From Candidatus Bathyarchaeota archaeon (GTDB lineage: Archaea > Thermoproteota > Bathyarchaeia > Bathyarchaeales > Bathycorpusculaceae), in NCBI GenBank assembly GCA_963806535.1, contig CAWDYC010000003.1, positions 384,001-448,000 on the forward strand: a DNA stretch of 64,000 bases, written 5' to 3'. A program made the position numbers and the translations under genes. A model generated the notes under the pieces. That model was not told the origin of the DNA and ran no database searches. It saw nothing but the letters and a program-made list of their open reading frames with translations. Below are positions 1-7,949 of this stretch, piece after piece (position 1 is the first letter of the stretch; the number at the start of each line of letters is the position of its first letter).

Positions 1-477
1 TCCGCATGGAAGATGTTTCGGCAGTATCACTATCTAAACGGTTCTCTACCTCTAACTGCCCGATGCTATGAAGCAATCTACAATGATCAACCAATAGCAT
101 TCATCGCCGTAGTTCACACTAAAATGAAAGCAAATTACTTTCGCGTAAGCCGTCTAGTTGTCTTGCCAGACTACCAAGGATTAGGCATTGGAAAGAGGCT
201 ACTGAACTTTATCGCAGAGCTCTATACTTCGCAGTTGAATTTGCCTTTTTTTCTGGTTACTAGTAATCCTCAACTAATTCGTGGAAATCTTACAAACTGG
301 AAAATCAAGCGAATTGGCCATGCAACTCATGGTGGAAGAGAAGACAATAGAATAAACCTGGGCCTGACAAAATCGAATAGCAGAAAACGACTAACAGTTT
401 CTCTTCAATATATTCCTCAGAAAACATGCTACTCCATTCATCAAATAGTAGATGAAAATGACGATAGGTCTTGTTAA
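1..477 (+). CDS. GNAT acetyltransferase domain, Mom-like; 5'-truncated by the window edge
   Basis: Frame is open from base 1 (SAWKMFRQYHYL). Contains HYL, SRLVVLPDYQGLGIG (acetyl-CoA binding QxxGxG) and TSNP. Confidence 0.75.
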   Translation, partial: SAWKMFRQYHYLNGSLPLTARCYEAIYNDQPIAFIAVVHTKMKANYFRVSRLVVLPDYQGLGIGKRLLNFIAELYTSQLNLPFFLVTSNPQLIRGNLTNWKIKRIGHATHGGREDNRINLGLTKSNSRKRLTVSLQYIPQKTCYSIHQIVDENDDRSC

Positions 478-489
478 AGGTGCCAAAAT

Positions 490-891
490 ATGAATGAAAG
501 AACCCTTGAGAGACGCTTGGAACTGTTGAAGCTTGAAGGAAACGGCTTGCAGACTTCAGAAATTGTGAATCAATTAAGTGCAAAGTATGGTGTTACTCCA
601 CGTGCAGTTTATGCTGATTTTGAAACAAGAAGCAGCTGGCAGCCCATACTTGAGAACACAAAAGAATCAATACTGAAGATTCTTAATAGACATGAGCAAC
701 TTTATCGAAAAACCTTAGTCGCCTACATGCAGGCTAAATCTGATCATGCCCGTGTAGCCGCTTTGAATCTTTTACGGCAAATAAACGTTGATGTAGCTGA
801 GCTAACAGGCGCCAAGTTGGAGAACTCAGCTCAATTGAATGAAATACACATAAAGTGGGAAGACCCAGAAGTTTGCAAAAAACAATACTAA
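490..891 (+). CDS. Putative terminase small subunit (N-terminal HTH)
   Basis: HTH-like N-terminus (SEIVNQLSAKYGVTPRAVYAD), helical body, short C-terminal strand (EIHIKWED); overlaps the start of TerL. Confidence 0.6.
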   Translation: MNERTLERRLELLKLEGNGLQTSEIVNQLSAKYGVTPRAVYADFETRSSWQPILENTKESILKILNRHEQLYRKTLVAYMQAKSDHARVAALNLLRQINVDVAELTGAKLENSAQLNEIHIKWEDPEVCKKQY

Positions 892-2159
892 TAAGATACA
901 AGCCTCACCCAGGGCAAATTGAATTTCACTATCACCCAGCGCGATTTCGAGTGCTTAACTGTGGACGCCGCTGGGGCAAAACCATTGCAGGAGCCAACGA
1001 GTTCATCCGCCAAATGTGGGAACAAGGTGAAGGAATGGAAAAAGAAGGAATAGTGGGCTTCGCTGTAGCGCCTACTTATTGGCATACACAGCGGCAATGG
1101 AGTGAATTCTTCAACTACTGTCCATCTTATCTTGTCGAAAAGGTGTTGCGCGCCGATCGACATGTTATTCTCAAGGGCGACCGAAACATTTGGTTTAAGA
1201 GCGCAGATAATCCAGATTCACTTCGAAGCCAAGGTGTAAAGGTTCTCTGGGTAGATGAAGGCGCTCAAATCAGTGAGGAAGCTTGGAATCTTGCATTGAG
1301 ACCATCGTTGATGGACCAGAAAGGAATCGCTTTCTTCACAGGCACACCGCGTGGACATAACTGGTATTTTCGACTATGGACTCGAGGACAAGATCCTTCA
1401 CAGAGTGACTATAAGAGTTGGAGTTTCCCAAGTGTCAACAACCCATATTTGGATCCGAAAGAAATTGCTTCCTTCGCAAGGGATATGCCTGAATTAGCTT
1501 ATCGACAAGAAGTTTTAGCCGAGTTTTTGGAAGATATCGGTTCAGTTTTCCGAGGAGTAGACCGCATAGTCAAAGGTAACCTTCAACCTTTCGAAAGCAA
1601 AATTCATTATGTTATGGGATGCGACCTAGCAAAACTTGAAGACTTCACAGTACTCGCTGTTTTGGACCAAAACGGGCACTTATGCGCTTTCGACAGGTTT
1701 AGCCAAATAGATTGGGTGTTTCAACGTAAACGCATTGTTCAACTTGCACAGCGATATAATGCCAGTTTGCTTATTGACAGCTCAGGCGTCGGAGACCCCG
1801 TCTGTGATGAACTTTACCGAGAAAACGTTCGAGTGGAAGGATACAAATTCACCAACGCCTCCAAGAAAGAGCTTATCGAGAACCTAAGCATGATGATTGA
1901 AAACGAACAAATTTCAATACCAAATATTCCAGAATTAATTAACGAACTTAAGCTATATGGTTACAAAACAACACCGAGTCGAAATGTGCAATATGGAGCA
2001 CCCGAAGGATACCATGACGATTGCGTAATCGCTCTAGCTCTGGCTGCTTGGAAATTAAAACACATTCCACCGTCAGGAAAAGCTGTCTTCTTTCTTGAAC
2101 ACAGCAAACCTCATGCAAGTCGCTATGACTTCAACAATTTCTCTGACGAGGAGTATTAA
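855..2159 (+). CDS. terL: Terminase large subunit (real start probably TTG at 873)
   Basis: PHPGQ adenine-binding motif, Walker A CGRRWGKT, Walker B LWVDE, coupling motif TGTP, RNase H-like nuclease residues GCDLA, DSSGVG, HDDCVIA. Confidence 0.93.
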   Translation: MGRPRSLQKTILIRYKPHPGQIEFHYHPARFRVLNCGRRWGKTIAGANEFIRQMWEQGEGMEKEGIVGFAVAPTYWHTQRQWSEFFNYCPSYLVEKVLRADRHVILKGDRNIWFKSADNPDSLRSQGVKVLWVDEGAQISEEAWNLALRPSLMDQKGIAFFTGTPRGHNWYFRLWTRGQDPSQSDYKSWSFPSVNNPYLDPKEIASFARDMPELAYRQEVLAEFLEDIGSVFRGVDRIVKGNLQPFESKIHYVMGCDLAKLEDFTVLAVLDQNGHLCAFDRFSQIDWVFQRKRIVQLAQRYNASLLIDSSGVGDPVCDELYRENVRVEGYKFTNASKKELIENLSMMIENEQISIPNIPELINELKLYGYKTTPSRNVQYGAPEGYHDDCVIALALAAWKLKHIPPSGKAVFFLEHSKPHASRYDFNNFSDEEY

Positions 2160-2288
2160 AGTCGATTGAAAAACATAGAGTTGTTCGCTTGAATTAATTG
2201 CGGGTCAGCTAAAATACGAGTTTTTCCGAACATATTAGCAATTAAAAACTCTAGTAGTCCATGTGATTTTGTCAGAGAGGAGCAAAAA

Positions 2289-2343
2289 GAGCCCCAGCCT
2301 CCTAAGTTGGGGGTCGAGGGTTCAAATCCCTCCCCGCCCGCCA
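2289..2343 (+). repeat. att copy 1: 3' 55 nt of tRNA-Arg(CCT) without the 5' acceptor strand
   Basis: GAGC C CCAGC CTCCTAA GTTGG GGGTC GAGGG TTCAAAT CCCTC CCCGCCC G CCA gives an anticodon arm (CCT), T arm, acceptor 3' strand and CCA; there is no GGGCGGG 5' strand upstream. Confidence 0.9.
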
Positions 2344-2642
2344 GAAGCCAATTTTAACAATTAAAACCAAAAAGAACATTATTTTTTGATTTTAACCCAC
2401 TATTGTCGTTATTATTCTATCGAGCGTTTGAACCCTCGCATTCTACAGCCGTTTTTAGGGTGCAAGCGAACAATTCAAACACCAGTCAATATATGAACGG
2501 TTTTTGTCGCAAGTGTCTGTGGGTTGATGAAATACTTGGTTACCAAATTCTCCATTTCGTCTCTCATTCGGCGGAATGCTTCAATAGCTCACACAATAAG
2601 TTTTAAGATCTCAGCTCAGAAGTAATAATCAGAATTCGCTGG

Positions 2643-3419
2643 ATGTGCAAGAAAATGGATAAGAATGCTCTTTACGAAGCAATCTTTAAAAGAAAATCAA
2701 TTAGGGATTATGACTCAACGCCGATTGACTCAAATCGTCTCGAAGAGATTTCAAGAAATTTGCAGTCCTTAAAGCCTTTGTTACCAGGGATAAAGACAGA
2801 GTTCAAGATTATTTCGCCCAATCAGGTAACCAGAAAACTTGGGAATAAAGCGCCTCACTTTATTGCAGCATTCTCCGAAGCCAAGGACGCCTACAAAGTC
2901 AACATCGGTTTTATGCTTCAGCAAATGGACCTTTATTTTTCAGCGACTGGATTAGGCAGTTGCTGGTTGGGCATTCCTCAACCAACCAAAGACTTAACAG
3001 ACTCTTCAAATCTGGAATTCATTATTTTGATGTCGTTCGGAAATTCAAAGGAAACACTATACAGGACCAGTGCTTCGGAGTTCAAAAGAAAATCTCTTAC
3101 GGAAATAACAAACATGGAGGGCGCCGATGAATTGTTAGAACCAGCGCGTCTTGCTCCATCAGCGGTAAACTTACAAAACTGGTATTTTACCGGTAACATA
3201 AATGCAATTCATGCCTATTCCTCCAAGCCTAACTTTCTTAGAACTATTGTAGGCGGGAGCTACTATCCGGTCAATATGGGTATTGCCCTTTGCCATTTGC
3301 AACTTGCTGCAGAACACAAGGATTGGAAAACTAAATTCGTCTTCGACAGTTCAAAAGATAAAAAGCCACCCAAGAATCTGGAGTATGTTGCGACTTTGGA
3401 TATCGAAAAGTCAAATTGA
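2643..3419 (+). CDS. Nitroreductase family protein (two nitroreductase-like domains)
   Basis: KRKSIRDY, GLGSCWLG, KRKSL, ARLAPSAVNLQNWYF, MGIALCHL. Confidence 0.88.
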   Translation: MCKKMDKNALYEAIFKRKSIRDYDSTPIDSNRLEEISRNLQSLKPLLPGIKTEFKIISPNQVTRKLGNKAPHFIAAFSEAKDAYKVNIGFMLQQMDLYFSATGLGSCWLGIPQPTKDLTDSSNLEFIILMSFGNSKETLYRTSASEFKRKSLTEITNMEGADELLEPARLAPSAVNLQNWYFTGNINAIHAYSSKPNFLRTIVGGSYYPVNMGIALCHLQLAAEHKDWKTKFVFDSSKDKKPPKNLEYVATLDIEKSN

Positions 3420-3488
3420 GAGTAACAGAAATCTATACTTGGCTTAAATATGCGGATCCAAGGGTCACCGCTATCCGTCCCGCTATGT

Positions 3489-3911
3489 TTATAGAAGCTC
3501 GATTGGGTAACCTTTTGGCTTGAGTTTTTTATATTGTGTTTCTTCATCCGCTGTAATGCAGATTGTTTTTTTGTTTTCTGCAATGGCAACTGGGAGAGCA
3601 TCATAAAACGTTATTTTTGTTTCGTATGCTATTTCGCCTGTTCTATTGGTGAGGTTTTCGTCCAGATGAATCACGTTCATGCTGAGGTTGAAAAGTTGAG
3701 CAAGGGCGATTTTCCATTTCGCAGTATCATAGTCTGGTTTGTATCTTAAAGCGTTACCAACTTCACAAATTAGAATTTCTGATATTACCAACTCTGCTGT
3801 ACCTTGGATGTATGAATCTAAGAGTTTTAGTGCTTCATCTGATTTTGTTTCTTTGCTAAACCATTTAACAACTACTGAAGAATCTAATACTATTTCGCGG
3901 CGTCTCGCCAT
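3489..3911 (-). CDS. vapC: VapC PIN-domain toxin (TA module 1)
   Basis: IVLDSSVVVKWF, EVGNAL, TFYDA, ITADE; start refined to MARRRE. Confidence 0.9.
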   Translation of the reverse strand: MARRREIVLDSSVVVKWFSKETKSDEALKLLDSYIQGTAELVISEILICEVGNALRYKPDYDTAKWKIALAQLFNLSMNVIHLDENLTNRTGEIAYETKITFYDALPVAIAENKKTICITADEETQYKKLKPKGYPIELL

Positions 3912-4111
3912 TTTCTTATCTCCTTGGCGCCATTCCAATCAGCTTTGCTTTCCAATCGAAGGTTTTTAATTGCCTCTACGGCGAATTGCATCTCTTCTCT
4001 GCGTGCGGCATCTTCAAACGCTTTTCTTGCAACATCGCTCCAGTTTACATTTTTGCAGCGCTTCATGCGCCCTTTTAGCTCTTCTGGAACTCTTACTGTA
4101 ATGTTACTCAT
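3890..4111 (-). CDS. vapB: RHH-type VapB antitoxin (TA module 1)
   Basis: MSNITVRVPEELKGRM...VNWSDVARKA, C-terminal EIRKWRD; overlaps the toxin start. Confidence 0.85.
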   Translation of the reverse strand: MSNITVRVPEELKGRMKRCKNVNWSDVARKAFEDAARREEMQFAVEAIKNLRLESKADWNGAKEIRKWRDAAK

Positions 4112-4205
4112 GCACATCGCACCACGCACATACTAAATGCACACTATAGAAGTAGGCACAGCGTAAAAACCTTTCCGCCCAAGACTAACCAAACTGCAGA
4201 AGCAA

Positions 4206-4254
4206 CAGCCTCCTAGGTTGGGGGTCGAGGGTTCAAATTCCTCCCCGTCCGCCA
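4206..4254 (+). repeat. att copy of the tRNA-Arg(CCT) 3' half
   Basis: 46/49 identical to 2295-2343. Confidence 0.92.
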
Positions 4255-4277
4255 TATGCATCTTCGCCATTTTTGAA

Positions 4278-4676
4278 TTATTCCATTTTGTCTATTGGAA
4301 TTGCGACCTTGCACTTCTTTAGCAAATCTGTGTCCTGTGTTACCAACTTCACTTTTTGTTTTTCAGCAATGTAGGCGTAGGAAGCATCGTAGAAAGTGAG
4401 GTTCCGTTCTATAGCAATTGCCAAAACATCTGCGAGGGAATCAATTGCCATCTTCTGTAGTGGGGCTATTGCTTCAGAAAAAATTGAGGCAACTCTTCTA
4501 GGATTCTTGAGCTTTCCTTGTTTGTTTTCCCGCCAAAGCACATTCCCAACTTCGTATTCGGTAAGTGAACTCACCGCGCATTCATCAACGTTGAAGGGAA
4601 TGGATGATATAAGCATCGGATAAAGTGCGGAGGTATCTATGAGATACTTACATCTCTTTCCTTGTCGTTCTGACAT
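4278..4676 (-). CDS. vapC: VapC PIN-domain toxin (TA module 2)
   Basis: YLIDTSAL, YEVGNVLWR, LTFYDASY, LVTQD; start refined to MSERQG. Confidence 0.9.
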   Translation of the reverse strand: MSERQGKRCKYLIDTSALYPMLISSIPFNVDECAVSSLTEYEVGNVLWRENKQGKLKNPRRVASIFSEAIAPLQKMAIDSLADVLAIAIERNLTFYDASYAYIAEKQKVKLVTQDTDLLKKCKVAIPIDKME

Positions 4677-4866
4677 CATCGATCCACTCTTCAGGTTTAA
4701 CGTCCATGAGGTCTCTGAGTTCTTTTGCGATTTTTTGTGCATTTGTTTTCTTTTCGGCTACGAGTTCCTCAAGGGTTTTCTCTACAGCCAGTTTTAAGTC
4801 GACTCCTAGCTTTTCAGCCTCAAGCTTCAAGCTTTTCTTGATCCTTACAGATAGCACTTCTGTCAC
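4648..4866 (-). CDS. vapB: RHH-type antitoxin (TA module 2)
   Basis: VTEVLSVRIKKSLKLEAEKLGVD...EEWIDDVRTTR; GTG start preceded by a GGGGTG Shine-Dalgarno. Confidence 0.85.
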   Translation of the reverse strand: MTEVLSVRIKKSLKLEAEKLGVDLKLAVEKTLEELVAEKKTNAQKIAKELRDLMDVKPEEWIDDVRTTRKEM

Positions 4867-4877
4867 AATTTCACCCC

Positions 4878-4903
4878 GTATACACAATGATTAAAATGTA
4901 TAC
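4878..4903. promoter_or_regulatory. Putative antitoxin operator: two GTATAC palindromes 20 bp apart, next to a TATA box
   Basis: GTATAC at 4878 and 4898; CTTATATA on the minus strand at about 4910-4917. Confidence 0.55.
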
Positions 4904-4925
4904 AAGCAATATATAAGAATGATGT

Positions 4926-4978
4926 GAGCACGAACCTCCTAAGTTGGTGGTCGAGGGTTCAAATCATTTCCCCCGCTA
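4926..4978 (+). repeat. att copy of the tRNA-Arg(CCT) 3' half, 3' end decayed
   Basis: 4935-4965 is 30/31 identical to 2298-2328. Confidence 0.88.
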
Positions 4979-5073
4979 ATAAAACAGTTATACATCTAAC
5001 AAATCTTGCGAATTTATTTTCATCAATTAGAGATATAATCTGAAGATTTGAAATCACATTGATTTGTTATGAT

Positions 5074-5226
5074 TTAGCTTTTAGATGTTTATAGTAACTG
5101 GTTTATGTATTGGTTGGCAGTTTTGTTCTGTTTTTTTGTTACTCATTTTATGGCATCGCTGATGCCTGTGGAGTATTGAACTGCTTTCGTGCGTTTGTCC
5201 ACAGGCACGCTTGGCAAGCTAACGTT
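5074..5226 (-). pseudogene. Diverged duplicate of the 3' end of the asparagine synthetase-like gene
   Basis: Aligns with 6410-6562: NVSLPSVPVDKRTKAVQYSTGISDAIK versus NVGLPSVLVDKPKKAVQYSTGINDAIK. Confidence 0.9.
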
Positions 5227-5372
5227 CACTGCATTGATAAAATAATGCTTGTCTGGCAAGCGCAAAATGAAAGTTAAACGGCGAGGTAAGATAAGTGTTT
5301 GAAGATCAGCAGAAACGGAAAGATGAAAGTGAATATTTCTAAATCGGGTGTTTTTAGCCAAAAGGCACTTAT

Positions 5373-5398
5373 GTATGCATTCGATATCTATTGTATAC
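5373..5398. promoter_or_regulatory. Putative antitoxin operator: GTATGC and GTATAC 20 bp apart
   Basis: Immediately upstream of the 5408 start; same spacing as 4878/4898. Confidence 0.5.
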
Positions 5399-5407
5399 GT
5401 GGTAGTG

Positions 5408-5728
5408 ATGACGCTTAAACCTTTAGCAGTAAGAGTACCTTCAGAAGTAGAACAAGAAATCAGCGAAATCGTTAAGGAAGAAAAAGTTGATAAAGCAACA
5501 GTTGTGAGGAACCTCCTCGAAATAGGTCTCGCCGAATGGCGCAAACAAACTGCTCTTGATCTTCTGCAGAAGGGAAAGATCACTTTTGCTAAGGCTGCAG
5601 AGATGACCAAGCTTTCGCTCTGGGAATTTGCTGACCTTATTAAGCAACGCAGTATTGAATGGGTCAGACTTGAACCTGAGGAAATAGAAAAAGAGTTTAG
5701 GGAAGCATCAGCGGCGAAGCGTAAGTGA
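5408..5728 (+). CDS. UPF0175-type antitoxin (RHH + HTH; TA module 3)
   Basis: LAVRVPSEV...DKATVVRNLL and GKITFAKAAEMTKLSLWEF; start refined to MTLKP. Confidence 0.85.
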   Translation: MTLKPLAVRVPSEVEQEISEIVKEEKVDKATVVRNLLEIGLAEWRKQTALDLLQKGKITFAKAAEMTKLSLWEFADLIKQRSIEWVRLEPEEIEKEFREASAAKRK

Positions 5729-6237
5729 AACCGTTAGTTTTCGATTCCACCCCTTTGATTTACCTAACAAAAGTTGGACTAGGCCGAATCTTCAAAGAAT
5801 TACAAGTTGAAAAGTTAACATCACCTTCGGTCAAAAGAGAAGTTGTTGATGAAGGCAAAAACAAAGGCATTCCTGACGCAATAGTTTTAGATAGATTATT
5901 TGCTAGTGGAGTTTTTAGAGTTTGCAACCCTACGAACAAGCTATTCCTAACCCGATTGTCAGAAACTCACGGTCTTCATTTAGCTGACGCAGAAGTTTTG
6001 GCGCTTGCCCATGAGCATACAGGAATTGCAGTGATGGATGATGAAGTAGGTAGGAAGACCGCGAAGGTTTACGGCATTGATTATGCGGGTTCCTCTTACA
6101 TTTTGATGCGAGCGGTTTGTGAAGAGATAATTTCAAAAGCGAAGGCTAAGCAAGCGGTTAACGATATGGTTTCTCTGGGTTGGCGATGTAATGTTGAGAG
6201 TTACAGGAAAATTTTGGAAACTTTAGAAAAACTCTAA
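5725..6237 (+). CDS. PIN-domain protein, DUF3368 type (TA module 3 toxin)
   Basis: VFDSTPLIYL, SVKREV, LHLADAEVLALA, MDDEVGRKTA; GTGA overlap with the antitoxin. Confidence 0.88.
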   Translation: MKPLVFDSTPLIYLTKVGLGRIFKELQVEKLTSPSVKREVVDEGKNKGIPDAIVLDRLFASGVFRVCNPTNKLFLTRLSETHGLHLADAEVLALAHEHTGIAVMDDEVGRKTAKVYGIDYAGSSYILMRAVCEEIISKAKAKQAVNDMVSLGWRCNVESYRKILETLEKL

Positions 6238-6295
6238 GAGCTACATACGGGTAAACAAAACGATTATTGGTTGAACCGGTGCAACGGTGCACGTC

Positions 6296-6324
6296 GTCGA
6301 AGCCAAATCCCTCCCCGCTCGTCT
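6296..6324 (+). repeat. Most decayed distal att remnant of tRNA-Arg(CCT)
   Basis: CAAATCCCTCCCCGCTCG (6304-6321) is 17/18 identical to 2323-2340 and is preceded by GTCGA. Confidence 0.7.
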
Positions 6325-6409
6325 ACTAACTGTTGGTCAAGTAGCAAATTTTACGATTTTATTCAATTAGACGAGATTGAAAAGAATTGAAGACAGCATT
6401 GGTAATGAT

Positions 6410-7857
6410 TTAGCTTTTGGATTTTTCAAGTAACTCGTTTATGTATTGGTTGACTGTTTTGTCTTGTTTTTTTGCTACCCGTTTTATGGCGTCGTTGATG
6501 CCTGTTGAGTACTGAACTGCTTTCTTGGGTTTATCCACCAGCACGCTTGGCAAGCCAACGTTTAATGCCACTTTTCTCAGCACCAGCTTCCTCAAGGTGT
6601 CTTCTTTTGGCTCCATTTTGCATTCAATCGGTAAAGTCAAAGCAAATTCGGCAAGCTCATAGGATGCAAAAGGCAAACGCAGCTCAACGTCATGGAAAAT
6701 TGTGATTTTGAGGTCCCGTTCAAGATTACTCTCAAAAATATTGGCTACATCACTAAACATTGTTTTTCGGACTTTTTCGGCGCCATCTTTGCAGTATTCT
6801 TTGACGTAGCGTTGGTATCCTCCGAACAATTCATCTGCACCTTGCCCAGCCAACATTACGTGGAAACGTGCTTCAGCCGCTTTTTCAGCAACCCAATAAA
6901 ACGGCAAACCAACGCTGGCTTTAATCGGGTCAGCCTCCTCGATGAGCGCTACGACTTGAGGTAAGGTATTTTCAAGTCAGAATCCTTGAATAAATCGACT
7001 TGAAGAGGCAAATTTAGTTTTTCTGATGCTTCAATTGCTTCTTCGGTTTCAGGCTGATTTTCCATACTCACGTGGAACAGGTGAACTTTTACTCCAAGTT
7101 TGCTTGCCAAAAAAGCGACTAAGCTGCTGTCTAATCCTCCTGAAAACGCAACGGCAACCTCTTTCCAGCCCACTTGTGCGCCGTCTGATTGATTCTTCAA
7201 GAAGAACCCCAAGCCTCTTTGCTGCCTCATCCAATGATATCGAAGCAGGCTCATTGTAAGTGAGTGTTTTAACGGGTTTAAACTGGAATCCTTCGCGATT
7301 TAAAAATCCGATGTTTCCTGGCGGAAAAGATTGCGGGTTTTCTATGCCCAGCAGCCATAGGGCTTTTCGGTTTGTGGCAACTGCGGCGATGGCTTTGGTT
7401 TTCGCCATAATAGAGCGGTTGAACTCCCACTGGGTCTCTTCCTGCCCCAATCCAACCTTCTTTAGCAATTAGAAAAGAGTAATCTCCATCTGCATTCGCC
7501 ATCAGCGTTTGCAGTAGGGCTTCGCAGTGAAGCGGTTTCTTGGCAACCTCTTCCATAACTGCATTTTTTGGTATAGGCGAATAGATTCTGCCTTCAAAAA
7601 GAAGTGCCGCATCTTCTAACTGCAAAAATTCATAGCCACTTGACACTAGCAGGTTTTGAGGAAACATAGCCGATGGCTGTTGAAGACTCGATGCCTTGTC
7701 TGCTAAGAATGCCGGGGCTTTTCTCGAGAACAGTTTTCTTTGGCGAAACCAACCCAAAATGTGAAGGCTGCCTTCCGCTAAGCGTGTTGAGAACATCAAG
7801 AAGGCGGTCAACGACATTATCGCCCTCTTTATCTAATACCGCAACAGTTGTTTTCAT
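6410..7857 (-). pseudogene. asnB: Asparagine synthetase B-like gene broken by four frameshifts
   Basis: Consecutive ORF pieces carry FEGRIY, DGDYSF, RDPVGVQPLYY, AFSGGLDSS, GQGADELFGGY, ELRLPF and KKAVQYSTG. Frame switches occur near 7645, 7400, 7170 and 6960. Confidence 0.85.
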
Positions 7858-7949
7858 AATTAAACCCTCAATACCAAATACAAAATGAAATAGTATTGGT
7901 AAAACATTAATCTTTAATCAGTATAACCTTCGCTTGAGGAAACAATAGC

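Larger units (their letters stand above)
1..2343 (+). mobile_element. Right end of an integrated virus-like element (provirus or satellite), ending at a tRNA-Arg(CCT)-derived att site
   Basis: GNAT, TerS-like and TerL genes in one operon, followed 130 bp later by a perfect 3' portion of a tRNA. The left end lies outside the window. Confidence 0.8.

Noticed and set aside
2198-2343. Complete intron-containing tRNA-Arg(CCT) using TTGCGGGTCAGCT as the 5' half
   Set aside because: TTGCGGG does not pair fully with CCCGCCC and no bulge-helix-bulge motif is evident; the att remnant reading is simpler.
2419-2452. Minus-strand tRNA-like patch GGCTGTAGAATGCGAGGGTTCAAACGCTCG
   Set aside because: Too short, with an imperfect T stem and no acceptor stem; cannot be separated from chance.
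2403-2606. 67-aa ORF with CRKC, a possible Zn-finger relic
   Set aside because: Only one clear CxxC in frame and a weak start context.
5143-5610. 155-aa minus-strand ORF
   Set aside because: Composite of the antisense of the UPF0175 gene and the duplicated asnB fragment.
2289-6324. CRISPR array
   Set aside because: The repeats are tRNA-derived, the spacers are kilobase-sized genes, and there are no cas genes in the window.
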